From Oopsacas minuta (lineage: Eukaryota; Animalia; Porifera): 64,000 bases of DNA. Below, one piece after another: positions 33,294-46,100 of this stretch. The position numbers and the translations under genes are program-made. The stretch spans positions 301,464-365,463 of the forward strand of contig JAKMXF010000319.1 in the NCBI GenBank assembly GCA_024704765.1, read 5' to 3'. The notes beneath the pieces were generated by a model, which was given only the letters and a program-made list of their open reading frames with translations, was not told the DNA's origin and made no database searches. Position 1 is the first letter of the stretch. Each line of letters begins with the position of its first letter.

Positions 33294-34244
33294 ATGTATC
33301 GTCCAGCATTACTCATCACTCGCTTCCTGAAACCATTATCCTCTCATCGTGCCATGAGTACTCGTACTATAGGATTCCTAGGTTTCGGAAATATGGGATC
33401 ACACATGGCTACTAATCTAATGAAAAACGGATACAACCTTATGTTATATGACGTATCAGAGGCTAACACGGCTAGAGCTAAACAATTAGGAGCTACGATA
33501 CTGTCTAGTCCTAAGGAAGTTAGTCAGAATACAGACATAGTAATTACAATGCTACCAGCAGGGAAACATGTATATCACGCTTATTTAGAAAAAGACGGTT
33601 TGTTTGAAGGCGCTCGCAAGGATTCAATATTTGTGGACTGCACAACATGTGAGCCTACCGTCTCCCGTCGTATGGCAGATGAAGCTGCTAAGGTTAGCGC
33701 TATCTATCTAGACTCACCTGTCTCTGGTGGAGTTGGGTCTGCTAGAGACGCTAGGCTAACATTCATGGTTGGTGGACCTGTTAATGGTTTGGATAAGATC
33801 AGACACCTATTGAATATTATGGGTAAGAATGTTATACATTGTGGTGATGTGGGTATGGGTGAAGCAGCTAAGATCTGTAACAATATGATGCTAGGTATAG
33901 CTATGATAGGTACTTCTGAAGCTATGTCTCTTGGTATAGCACTAGGGATAGATCCTAAGAAGCTGGCGAGTGTGTTGAATGTTTCTTCAGGGCGTTCTTG
34001 GTGCTCTGATACTTACAATCCATGTCCTGGGGTGATTGAGAGCGTACCTTCTTCTAATGACTACAAGGGAGGCTTTGCTACTGGTTTGATGAAGAAGGAT
34101 CTTGCGTTAGCTCAGAATATTTCCAGTGAGTTGGATTTATCAACACCATTAGGCGCATCTAGTCTGCATATCTATAGATTGTTGTGTAAGAAGGGTTATG
34201 AACACAAAGACTTCTCTTATATCTTCAAGTTTCTACAGGAATAA
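33294..34244 (+). CDS. HIBADH: 3-hydroxyisobutyrate dehydrogenase, mitochondrial (316 aa, intronless)
   Basis: IGFLGFGNMGSHMA NAD-binding motif, DSPVSGG, LTFMVGG, KICNNMMLGI, SSGRSW, GGFAT.LM.KDL; Arg/Ser-rich presequence. Confidence 0.95.
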   Translation: MYRPALLITRFLKPLSSHRAMSTRTIGFLGFGNMGSHMATNLMKNGYNLMLYDVSEANTARAKQLGATILSSPKEVSQNTDIVITMLPAGKHVYHAYLEKDGLFEGARKDSIFVDCTTCEPTVSRRMADEAAKVSAIYLDSPVSGGVGSARDARLTFMVGGPVNGLDKIRHLLNIMGKNVIHCGDVGMGEAAKICNNMMLGIAMIGTSEAMSLGIALGIDPKKLASVLNVSSGRSWCSDTYNPCPGVIESVPSSNDYKGGFATGLMKKDLALAQNISSELDLSTPLGASSLHIYRLLCKKGYEHKDFSYIFKFLQE

Positions 34245-35424
34245 CCTGGATTAATTCGTTTCATTACTCTAAGTAATTAATTCTTATTATTCGAACTTAT
34301 ATTAATTTTGGTATTATATTAATTTTGGTAACGTAACTTCAATAGGCCCAACTAGGGCTATTTGGTTGGACACTAGCCAACCCTTGAACTTGACTGCCCC
34401 AGGCTTGTCAAAAGGTCAGGTGATTTTCAGTTTTTTTAGTACAGCTCTAATAGAGAGCAGTGGCGTAGCAATAGGCGGTTCAGGTTATTCATTGAACTTG
34501 AACCCCGATGTCCAGAGCTGTCCCCAAAGTAAATCAGCAATTCTTCGCAGCATATGTAAGATTGCTGATATACTCAAAAGCATCGGGCAGGGCCGAGTCT
34601 AAGGGATTTATGGATATACTGCCAGTATTTACTTAGCATATATTTGACGAGAGCCTATTACATTGAAGATATATCATACTCGAAACTAGTTGAGCGTATT
34701 ATGGAAGTGATCCAATTCTGTTTACTTGGTAAGGGATCAGATTAGCAAGGTGGGATTATTAGAGAATAAGTAATTCCGGAAATTCCCTGAAGCCTGAAAA
34801 TGACTCCCCTCTCTGAAAGTGGAGGAATCACTGCTGAGGTCGCAAGTCCGGGCTTTCGCCTCGTGCCGAGTTCAGGCTTGACTATAATTATCTGCCAGTA
34901 TTTGCATATAAAATTTCCTAGATTTTCACCACAAATATATAATTACCTTTAATAAACGTGTATTTGGCTCCATTCTATTAATAGAATTGGTATAAGTAAG
35001 TTCTCTATTGAATATTGTTATAAATTCGTATTCTGGTTTCTGTCGGTGGAAGCGAGCAATCAGGTATCGGGGTGAGATGATGGATCCTTTGTGACCTCTA
35101 TTATAACAGTTGTCTTCTATGTATTTCACTAATTTAGTATAATAACCAAATTACATCTAATCTACTAATACACTCGAACTTCTCTCTTATTCCGACCTCC
35201 GAGATACGCGCATTTTGCGAATACAGTGTAACATCCACAATTGAGGCGTGGAAACGGGGAATTCTTGGAAACGAGTGAAAATAAATAGATTAATTCCTAG
35301 TCCCATACCACTGAACTTCCACTATAGCGGATACGGATAGCATTTTTCAGCAGTGAAACAGTGAAAATATTTCATCAATTTGTTATTTAGGAAATCGATT
35401 TTATCTGTCACCTTTACATAAGAA

Positions 35425-35760
35425 ATGGCTAGTGTAAATGTATCTGAAGATGTCTCAATATTCTAACAAGCAAGAGACACAATAGATAGAGATATTAATG
35501 AGATCAAACAGTGTCTTAATCATAAGAAATTACAGCTGTTTGAGGAGATTACTAATTTAGAGGATGAGTATAAACATAAACAACAATAAACACAAAAAGA
35601 AATGCAGAAGTAAGCAGAGTTAATAAAAGATACCGAAGAAGAAATGGGAGAGAAAAATCTATTATAGTTACAGCTTGAATATATCCAGGAAATACGATTA
35701 TTATTATTATTAGAAATACCTCTAACTTTCCAATATCTATCATGAACCTCTGCTGTGTAA
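35425..35760 (+). pseudogene. Coiled-coil N-terminal remnant of an NHL-family-like gene
   Basis: AGAAATGGCTAG start as in the array; MASVNVS..ARDTIDRDINEIKQCL..K.QLFEEITNLEDEY with several in-frame stops; no propeller follows. Confidence 0.5.
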
Positions 35761-35796
35761 CTGATAATTACAAGTACATGAAGAATTCTTACCATG

Positions 35797-36113
35797 GACA
35801 CATTTCTGTTAATATTCACCTATAATTTGACAACCTTTAATGTTATGGCCAATCTTCTTGTAAATATATGGCATATACCCGATTTCCGATACCCTGATAA
35901 TACATTTGATATGATATCTCTGACAATTCTGAGGCAATCTTGAAAATGACCATATATGGTATTATTGATGACTGTGCAATAATCTTTGGACATATCACAT
36001 CCAAATGTATTATCAGGATATGGGAAATCGGGTATATACCATATGTTTGCAAGATGATTGGCCATAACATCAAAGGTTTTCAAATTATACGTGAATATTA
36101 GCAGAAATGTGTC
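35797..36113. repeat. MITE-like element with about 110-bp imperfect inverted arms
   Basis: 35797-35907 is the reverse complement of 36003-36113 with scattered mismatches. Confidence 0.75.
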
Positions 36114-36594
36114 ATCTATGGTCACTACTATAACTCCGGAAACAGAACTTTATTACAGCAATTTTTTGATATTTTGTATGAAATATACCTGGATTATTTG
36201 GTGTTAATTCTAGAGGCGACGAAGCTATATATATATATTGATCATTAGACAAAGCTTGAAAAATGGCGCATTTTTCACAACATATTCCCGTTTTAGCCAA
36301 TCAGATGACGTCATTTCGCCCTGGGACTCGTCGGATGGCTTGTCTTAATTATTAACTAATAATAATACATTTATTCGGGTCAAAATGCACCAATTATCGT
36401 GAATAATATTATTGTCTATCAAATTTAATGCAAGTAATCCATGGTCCATGAAATTTTGGTCAGTGGTATGGCTTTATATATCGAAGGTCACGACTGTACT
36501 TACCATTGAGTACGTCTTATCCGAGTATTTCTTTTACCTGAGTTCTACTCTATTTGTTTGTAACTTAGAGGATTAGAATATTTATCATTGAATA

Positions 36595-37494
36595 ATGAGT
36601 GGACCTTCTATTGATATCAGATTGAAGCGTCCTAGTAAGACCTATAAAGTAGGAGAAGAGTTAGCTGGTGTTGTTATAATTGATTCCCATTCAGACCTAA
36701 CTCACTATGGATTAACACTAACCTTTGAAGCTACAGCTAATCTACAAGTCAGTGCTAAAACAGTAGGACTATTCGAAGCTTTCTACAGTTCACTAAAGCC
36801 AATACAAATCCTATTTCATTCCTCTGAGCTGGCTAAAACAGGGAAATTCCCTTCAGGTACGCTAGAAATTCCTTTCACCTTCCCTATCGAGCCCCTAAGT
36901 GGACGTACTCTATACGAAACGTATCATGGAGTATTTGTTAACATTCAATATATCCTCAAATGTGATATGAAAAGACCGCTTTTGAGCAAAGATTTACAGA
37001 AGATATGTGAGTGTGTAGTTCAGTATAAGGAAACTGATTCTACACAATTACCCCTGAAACCATTAGAGTTCTGTATTGACCCAGGTTCTGTTGATAAAAA
37101 AACTTCTCGTGAATCTCTACCCGAGTTTAGAATTACAGGTCGCATTGATAGTGTAAATTGCTCAATCACCAAACCATTTTCTGGGGAACTAACTGTAGAG
37201 TTTTGTTCAGCTTCTATAAAATCAATAGAATTGCAACTGATTCGTGTTGAAACTTGTGGTTGTGCTGAAGGGTATTCGAAAGATCCTACTGAGATTCAAA
37301 ACATACAAATAGCAGATGGAGATGTCTGTCATAACGTATCTATACCTATTTTCATGATATTCCCTCGTCTCTTCACCTGTCCTTCTCTATCTACTACTAA
37401 CTTCAAAATAGATTTTGAAGTTTCTATTGTAGTTCTATTAGAAGGAGATTTGATGTTAACCGAGAATTTTCCCATACAGCTAACCAGAAATTGA
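36595..37494 (+). CDS. VPS26C: VPS26C / DSCR3, retriever complex subunit (299 aa, intronless)
   Basis: VGLFEAFYSSLKP, LYETYHGVFVNIQY, LIRVETCGCAEGYSKDPTEIQNIQIADGDV, IFPRLFTCP, ENFPI. Confidence 0.95.
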   Translation: MSGPSIDIRLKRPSKTYKVGEELAGVVIIDSHSDLTHYGLTLTFEATANLQVSAKTVGLFEAFYSSLKPIQILFHSSELAKTGKFPSGTLEIPFTFPIEPLSGRTLYETYHGVFVNIQYILKCDMKRPLLSKDLQKICECVVQYKETDSTQLPLKPLEFCIDPGSVDKKTSRESLPEFRITGRIDSVNCSITKPFSGELTVEFCSASIKSIELQLIRVETCGCAEGYSKDPTEIQNIQIADGDVCHNVSIPIFMIFPRLFTCPSLSTTNFKIDFEVSIVVLLEGDLMLTENFPIQLTRN

Positions 37495-40191
37495 CTTATT
37501 TATGCTATAACCTCGCTTGTGACTCGTTAGTAATGGTTTATATTTTCGTAATTATGCTATGTTCACTATTGAGGAGATTTGGTAATATGAATTATTGTGT
37601 ATATTATATTAATTCGGTTTTTATGGTTTTTCAAGTTAATTGAAGAATTGGTAAGAGCTACGAACTTGTAATTGGCTTGTGTCTGCAATATGGTCCAACT
37701 TAAATGAAGTTTAAATTTCTAAGCGAAACCTTCACTCATCTCTGAGAAAAGGTGACAAAATGTTATATCCCATGATAAATGAATTGGGAAATAGTGACAC
37801 TAGATTGAGGAATTGGTAAGAGCTACAAATGTGAAATTTGGCAGGTATATGGAATGTCTATTGGTTAGATTTATTTATACTGGCACTAGTAATTGGAGCC
37901 ACTATGTGTATTTGATTAAATTGTCATTTTATGGTACTTCCAATTGATAGTGCCACTTTAAACAAATTTAATCAATAGACTAAGCTGTCGGTACAGGTTG
38001 TAACTTATATTTTTTGCTCGCTATGCTTGTAGTTTATTGTTTAATTGAATAAAAACATTCAGGTTTTGTTGAAATTTTCGAGATATAAAATTGAAAATTT
38101 TGCTATGTCATCATCATTGGCCTACTATGGTGACGTCATTATTATCATGTCCAATGTGTCCGTCGTAACATCTAGTACACTCCATCAGTTAGAAGTCTTC
38201 TATCTCATATAAAAACGGAGTTATGAGCATTCTATTAATGACGTCATGTTGACTTAGCAAAAATGTCCAAACACTTATGTTTTGTCTAATTTTTGAAATC
38301 TCACTTTTTGAAAATTTCTTTGTCATCACCACCTCCACTATGGTGACGTCATCGTTATGGTGGCCAATGGGCGCGTCCTGACATATACTACACTTCATCA
38401 ATTGGAAGTATTACTTTAGCTGTTATCGTTATGGAGTTATTACTGTTTCAAATTTTCAGTTGTTTATGACGTCTCCCAAATTGTGTCTGTTGTATCGATA
38501 ATTATTTTTCATAGTCTAGCGATTGTGTACTAAGTTGGATCATATCAATACCGTCGTACACTGTTTATACCCTCCTACTAGGATTTTGCTCATGGTATTC
38601 TAAAAACCTAATACAATTCCTATGAGCAAATTCAAAGAGTCACAGTATGTCAAATCAAAAATTGTGACCCTCAGTGCATATCGGACAGCAATTGTCCATG
38701 TATCCTGAAAGTATTAGCCCTTTATCTATTATAGTTTTGGTAGTGCACCGTCTACGGTTAAAGAAAACACAAAATATAGGCAACCATTTCAATACTGAGC
38801 CACTATAGTTTAGTTATAGTCAGCACAGTAATAATAATACATAGCATAAATCGAATTTTGATATTATTATTCATTTATTATCCGTCATGCAGTATATATA
38901 TATATATTCTAGATGCGCCCGAAGGGCGACTTCCACCTGCTTGAAGTGTTCGCCAAAGACATGTAGCCCAAGCGAAGCGGCTTGTACAGGGTGTTTCATC
39001 AATTCATTCACAAAAAGAAATGCTTGAATTAAACTCGTAACCAAGTTACATTGAGAAACTTGGGTCTCATGTGATTGATACTGCTTTGACATTTATGAAA
39101 ACAAAGACATAAACGGATACAACTATATGAAATGATTTAGAATTAGAATGTTTAAAGCTAGAACCTTTACGATTACGTGTTTAAGTGGATAAAAGAATAT
39201 TGCATCTAGATTATTTTGCTAGTAAGTCGCGTTATTTGTGAGATAAAGTCTTCAACTTCAGTTTTCAGTTCTAGAATTGCAATTGGGGGATTGTTTTATA
39301 GACTTAGATGCCACATTACGAGGATGACATTATAACGACCCCCACCACTCGCTGGGGATACCTACAATAAACACGCTGTATAAGTATAGGAATGGTTGAG
39401 AAATCGTCACGGAAAATTCATTGCCAAAATATCCTAGCAGTTGCTTGGATGTTTCTGCAATAGCCACTAATCTAGGATACATATCCATCTCTCCAAGGAT
39501 TTCTCAACAGGTTATATCACCAAGCATGGCGGCACACTGTGGTCACAGAGATTTTTAGCATGACCAAATGTGACCAACGATGGCCAAACCTGACTCAACA
39601 GGTCAACCTGGGTGTACATGTGGTCATGTTATAACCGATAAGAGTTTTGAGAAACTCTGCTCTAAAAGACCTAGCACGTCTATACTATATGCTAGTAGCA
39701 TGTATCATTGACAGGCCTTTACAATACACTAGTCATTAGACATCAAATCGCGACCATATGTTCGATCTTGTTAGGCGGACAGAATTTGAAATTTTCGAAT
39801 CTAGACCCCCAATTTCACCTCAAAATGTATATACTAATTTCATGGCAACCTGACAGGTAGATGTCATTTGAGTTATTCTGAAGGTTTGGGACCATATTTC
39901 TACTGTTTAGACTTCTATATAAGGATACCGGGGGCGAACTATACACAGGCTACATGGTGAAATTCTTTGTTTGTGATCAATTTCCCAAGTTAAGCGGGTA
40001 ATTCATTATATCCGTGTTTAATATAACGGGAGTTGATTACTTCAATAATTGAATTAATTTGGATTTGAATGAATATATGAGAACCAATTATGTCTCATTG
40101 TTGCCATTCCACATTTTTCAGATTTTACATACCTTTTACTGTTAGTATATTCGTCTATTCTAACTAGATTATCGTATATATTTATACATTG

Positions 40192-43100
40192 ATGAGCACT
40201 GAGGCTCCCCATGAATTTCTCCGAAAATCTCTTGAGCGAATCCTCTCAGAAAGAGAGATTCGTAAAGATTCAAGTCACGGAATTGAGAAAGCTTGTCAAC
40301 AAACTCTGAGAGCATTGAATGCTATTTTCCCTTCTTCTAGGACAAGTACAGACTCGAAGGAAGATAAAACATCTGTAGATTCTGTGAAGAGTTCTGTACT
40401 ACCTCCTCCCAGAACCTCTGCTGAGGACCATTTCTCTGCTGATATGTATTTCCTCCCGTTTGAACTTGTATGTTACTCCAAATTACCTAAACTGACTAGA
40501 ATCGCATTGGATACTGTAGAAAAATTGATCTCTTATGGACATCTGACAGGAAAGGTGAGTTTCCATATTATTCAGTTATTTATTTACATATAGGCAGCCC
40601 CTCGACTATCGCGATTTCGCTTGCACGGATCCTCAGTATTATGGAAAAATGATCACAAATTTTTCAATAACAAATATGCCCTTACTCATTGAGGTTAGAA
40701 TAAGTAATGGCAAAACTTCCCAAAGACCTTATTCATTTCATCTAGCTTACTACATCCATATATTTCCACTTTAGGTCATGTAATTTAATATACTTGTTTC
40801 TCATCCCTGCCCGTCCCAAATTTGTCCCCCTTCTGGAAAGATTTTATTTGTATTTTTTCCAAATTTATGCATAATTCTTTGCTCACAGTGCAATCCACAT
40901 TTTACTCCCTGTGTTGTTAAAAATTCAATATTTTTAAGCCAGAAAGAATGTGATTAGATGATCATAGGGTGATTTTATTTCACATATTAACTGGCCTATG
41001 AAAAATACAAATAAAATACCGTCTGCCGTCCCAGTTTCTGAAAAATTCCGGATGAGAATAAGTAATTAATTTTACATGGCCTTAGATGTATATTTTTATT
41101 TATCAAATAACTTATATAGCTCAGCTAACTATGGTACAGTTCTTGCGTATTAGCTTTTCTATCTTCGAGGAAAGATTATTTTTCGGATTAATGAAAGTCA
41201 CCTTTCGAATCAGGGTATGGGTTTTTGTATTGCAAAAAACTGTACTATACTATAGCTCAGCTATATATATATAAGGAATCTCTCAAGATTTTTGGGCTTT
41301 GTGTCAGGGAAACTTATTTAATACAATTCTTATTGGAATGATAATATTGCTGCCACTTGGTTTATATGATAAGAATGTTCATCAAAAGCGACCTTAACCT
41401 TATTTATGCTTATAAGGGTTGATGAGCAGTGTGCCGTCAAACACTTAAAATATCCCCGAAATATATAGCTATGTTTACATGCATTTATACATACAATTCT
41501 ACAATTCTCTTTAATGTTACTGGATTAATACCCTCTTCCCATTTTAGATAACAGATCCAGTTCACGCACACAAACTCTTAATTGATAGTATTATCAAAGC
41601 TGTATCAAGCTGTTTCCACGGAGAGAAGACAGACTTTCACGTCCAACTCCAAATCCTCAAAGCTCTTCTAGCTCTAGTTAACAGTCCTTCATGTTCAATC
41701 CACGCCAAAAACTTACGCAAAATTATTCGTACTTGTATTAACATATATTTGGCTACCAACAAGATGCCTACAGTACAAACAACTGCAAAAGCTACTCTAA
41801 CTCAAATGTTGAATGTAGTCTTCCATAAGATAGAGACAAATCCGATATTATTTGCACAAGCACAAAGTAGGATGGATATTTCAATTAAACCGTCCTTTTC
41901 AGAGAGAAGAACACCGATTAGCACTGAGCAAACAACTCCGACAAATGAACGAGCACCTCAACAAGAAGATTTCCCAATCATTCCCACGCCAACATCTCTA
42001 GAAACCTCCAGTGAACCTGTGGAAATGAATATTTCGGAAATAGCTCAATTTTCTTCTAACTCTTCTCTGCATGATCAGATTGAGCAGAACCCTGCACTGG
42101 CTCCTATTAATGATCTAGTAGAATCTTCTTTACCTATTACTGACCAAGATTTTCCGGATGCAATCCCAATTGATGTTCCATTTATTGATGATCAAAGCGA
42201 AATAGGCGATACAGATTCGACAACTGTTGAAACTCCAACACTTGATGAGAGTATTTCATATTCTCATAATCAAAGTGGGGCGACACCAGACACAAAGATT
42301 TTCGTCACACAGCCATCTAATACTGATTCAAACGGAGCATCTGAGAAAGAGATAGAACGCTCGAAGTTATGCCTGAAAGACGCTGCAGATCTATTCTATA
42401 TGTTATGTACTATATCAGATAAACAACTCGCAGAATTGCACAATCCTAAGAGCTATGAAATTCGTCTTAAAGTGATTCTTCTTGAAATGATCCTGATAGT
42501 CCTTGACAACTCTGGTCCTGTGTTTCGTACTGACCCTACATTCATAAAAATAGTACGTGAATATCTCTGTCAATCGCTCTCTATCAATGTAATATCACCT
42601 GTACTAGAGGTGTTTGAACTAGCCATCACGATTTTCCTTGTGGTTGTGGGGCTTTTCAAAATTTACCTCAAAGCACAGATAGAAGTATTCTTCAAAGAGA
42701 TCATATTCAATATATTAGATTCACATACAAGCTCCTATGAACATAAATGGATAGTACTCCATACGTTAACTAAAATATGCTCTGACTCACAGCTACTACT
42801 AGATTTGTACTTGAATTACGACTGTGACTTGGATTATGTGAACGTATTCGAAATGTTGATAAATGTATTAACGCGTACTTCCAAATCAACAAATCTCGTC
42901 AAACTCGGAGTAATCTCTTCCACACAAGAACGTGAACTAAAGTACAAATCGTTAGAATGTCTTGTTTTGATATTACGCTGTCTAGTAGATTGGTCAAGTG
43001 AGTTGCATTATAACCCCAATCAAGAAAATGCCGATTTCAGTATCGTTAACAACGCACCAAATCCGTATAAACATGATGTAGATCTCTATCTGCGTACTGT

Positions 43101-46100
43101 ATTATCCAAGCGGGTTGAAGGAGTACCTCGTAGAAGCGGTTCACATACCACACTCCAGTCTGTTTCAGCTGGTAAGTTCTGTGAATTCAGTATTTATTTA
43201 ACGCTTCGGAGTTCAAACATTTGCTACTTAATAAGCGAATGTGTATGTCATCACCCAGTAAGCTAAAAAATAGAAAGACGCTTTACCTTTATTAATTTTA
43301 CGACATACTAATGCTCACACCATTACTCAATTATACTTTCTAGGGGTTTCTGTAAATGAGGAATTAATTGAAAGTACTATAAAGTTCTCACGCGGCCATC
43401 CATCATATGGTTTAGGCTCTTTTAACCGAAACAGTTGGGAAATGTGTGATTTTGTGACGTCACAAAGGTGCTAAAATCCCGACTTGGGTCCGGGAATTGG
43501 TTAAAACTAATTGGTAAAATTGTTCCTTTTTGTTACACTACTTCGGCCGTAATCTGTTATTGATAATGTTAGCATTGAAAAATTGCTCATTCCTGTTATA
43601 TATAAAACTCGTTTGTGTGTGTTTGTCCGTTGTCAAGTTAAGGATTTATGGAATGTTGTATTGAATTCGAATTTCTCAATATGAGAGTCACATAACTATG
43701 TATTTATCGTGTTTATCAAGAATGTAAACAGAATTCTATAACTTGAATAAATATATCAAATATGCTGAATCTGATTTTCACACTTTTGAATAATCACATG
43801 TAATTTATCGTTTTTTATGAATACAAGTAAACAATTAGTTGAAATCTCAAATAATACTTAGAGAATTGCTCTCAACAGGAATATAGGGAGTAATCATTTA
43901 TGCTGGAATCCGAATTTCGCATTTTCAACTCGTTTGTCTAAGAACGTAGTTTTATTCAAAATGTATTTAATACACTGGTATGAATTGAAACAGATTTTGC
44001 AACTAATTATCTAAAAATCAAAAATTCAAACATACAGGGATTGCCAGATATCGCCATGGCCTCTCCCAAATTCCTTCTGTCATACCTCCTATTTACATCC
44101 ATGCACGCCATCTTAACTTAGTAAACTTGCAAATATTGTATTCTCCCGCCGCTTCCGCTATAATTAACCTCTCTTACAAATAAATAACCGAGATCAAAGC
44201 ACTTAGTTATTACTAGAGTTCACAATAGTTTGACATTTACAATGCCTGGAAAACCTAGTACATGTATACAGTATGACGAACTGATGTTGGGTGAAACTTT
44301 TGTCAAATCGTATTTATTGTTCTCTCATTAGGTAGTACTGTAGATGGAGAACTTTCAGAAATCGGAGATCGTTCTCCATCTCTTCAATCATTTGATGATG
44401 ATCCAGAACAATTTGAGTCTTTTAAACAGAAGAAAGAGCTGATGGATAAAGGCTTGGCTCTTTTTAAGAAGTCCCCCAAAAAGGGGATAACCTATTTGCA
44501 GGAGAATAACCTGATTGGTAAAACTGCAGAAGATGTTTCCGATTTTTTCCATCACTACGAGCGGCTTGATAAAGCCTCTGTCGGGGATTTTCTGAGCGAA
44601 AACACTGATTTTTCTAAAACAACTATGTATGCATATGTTGATGCTTTCGACTTTCACAAGATTGACTTACTAGCGGCGCTTCGTATATTCCTATCTGCTG
44701 GATTTCGTCTGCCTGGTGAGGCACAGAAAGTAGATCGTTTGATGGAAAAATTCGCTGCGAGGTACATCGATACAAATCCTCAAAACGAGATTTTCGCAAG
44801 TGCGGATGCCGCATATGTACTAGCATTTAGTATCATTATGCTTACAACTGACTTACATAATGATCAAGTGAAGGTCAAAATGACGAAAGAAGATTACATA
44901 AAAATGAACCGCGGTATTAATGAGAGTAAGGATCTCCCTCGTGATTATTTAGAAGCCATATACGAAGAAGTATCTAAAGAGGAAATAAAGATGTCCTACG
45001 CATCGGTTAATATTTCACGTACACCTAGCCTTTCTTATAAGAACCAAACTTTGCGGAAACAAGCCTTTTGCCAAGAGACAGAACTGATTACAAAGAATGC
45101 ACAAATGTTGATTCGGGAAGCTGGTAAGAAGGAGAGCAACTTCACATCTGCGAAACAAATTGAGCATGTACGTCCAATGTTCAAAGGTGGTTGGACGTCT
45201 TTTTTATCCGCCTTTTCGTTGGCCCTAAAAGAGAATGATGATATAGACATTATTTACCTCTGCCTGGATGGTTTAAAAAATTCGATAAGAATTGCTTGTG
45301 TTTTTATGTTAGATCTAGAACGCAATGCATTTATTCAGTCTCTAACAAAATTTACGCTATTAGTATCTGGTTTGGGAGAAATGAAAGTGAAAAATATTGA
45401 AACGATAAAAACTTTAGTAACAATTGCCTATACAGATGGAAATTATTTACAGGATTCATGGCTTGAGGTCTTAAAGGTAATTTCACAGTTAGAGATGGCT
45501 CAATTAATCGGTACTGGAGTTAAACCACAGTTTATTTCCATTGTGAAGGAGAAAGACTTGAAAATAGTGAAAGAATCTACTTCATTTTTCAAAAAAGAAG
45601 ATCATTCAAGTATTGATGCTGTATTAGGAGGGATAGGTAAGGATAAAAGCAAAGTAGCGATAGTCAAAGAATCTATGGAAGAGACCAGTTCTCAGTCTAT
45701 TGTTGTTGCAGTCGATCGTATCTTCACATCTAGCACAAAACTTGGCGGTGATGCAATTGTTGATTTTGTGCGTTGCCTATGCGCTGTTTCGATGGAGGAA
45801 CTGAATGCTTCGAGTGGACCACGTATGTTTTCATTACAAAAAATAGTTGAGATTTCATACTACAATATGGGTAGGATTCGACTGGAGTGGAGTAGGATTT
45901 GGACTGTGTTAGGAGAACATTTTAATTCTGTCGGATGTCATCCTGATGAAGATATTGCTTTGTTCGCAATTGATTCCTTGAAGCAGTTAGCTTTGAAGTT
46001 TATTGAAAAGGGCGAACTTACAAACTTTCATTTCCAAAAAGAATTCTTAAAACCATTCCACTATATCATCTCTAGCGATATTTCTCTCAAGATTAAGGAC

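Noticed and set aside
41749-43266. 505-aa ORF (and 40189-40593, 44442-48044) as separate genes
   Set aside because: They are exons of one ARF-GEF gene; splice sites and frames join cleanly.
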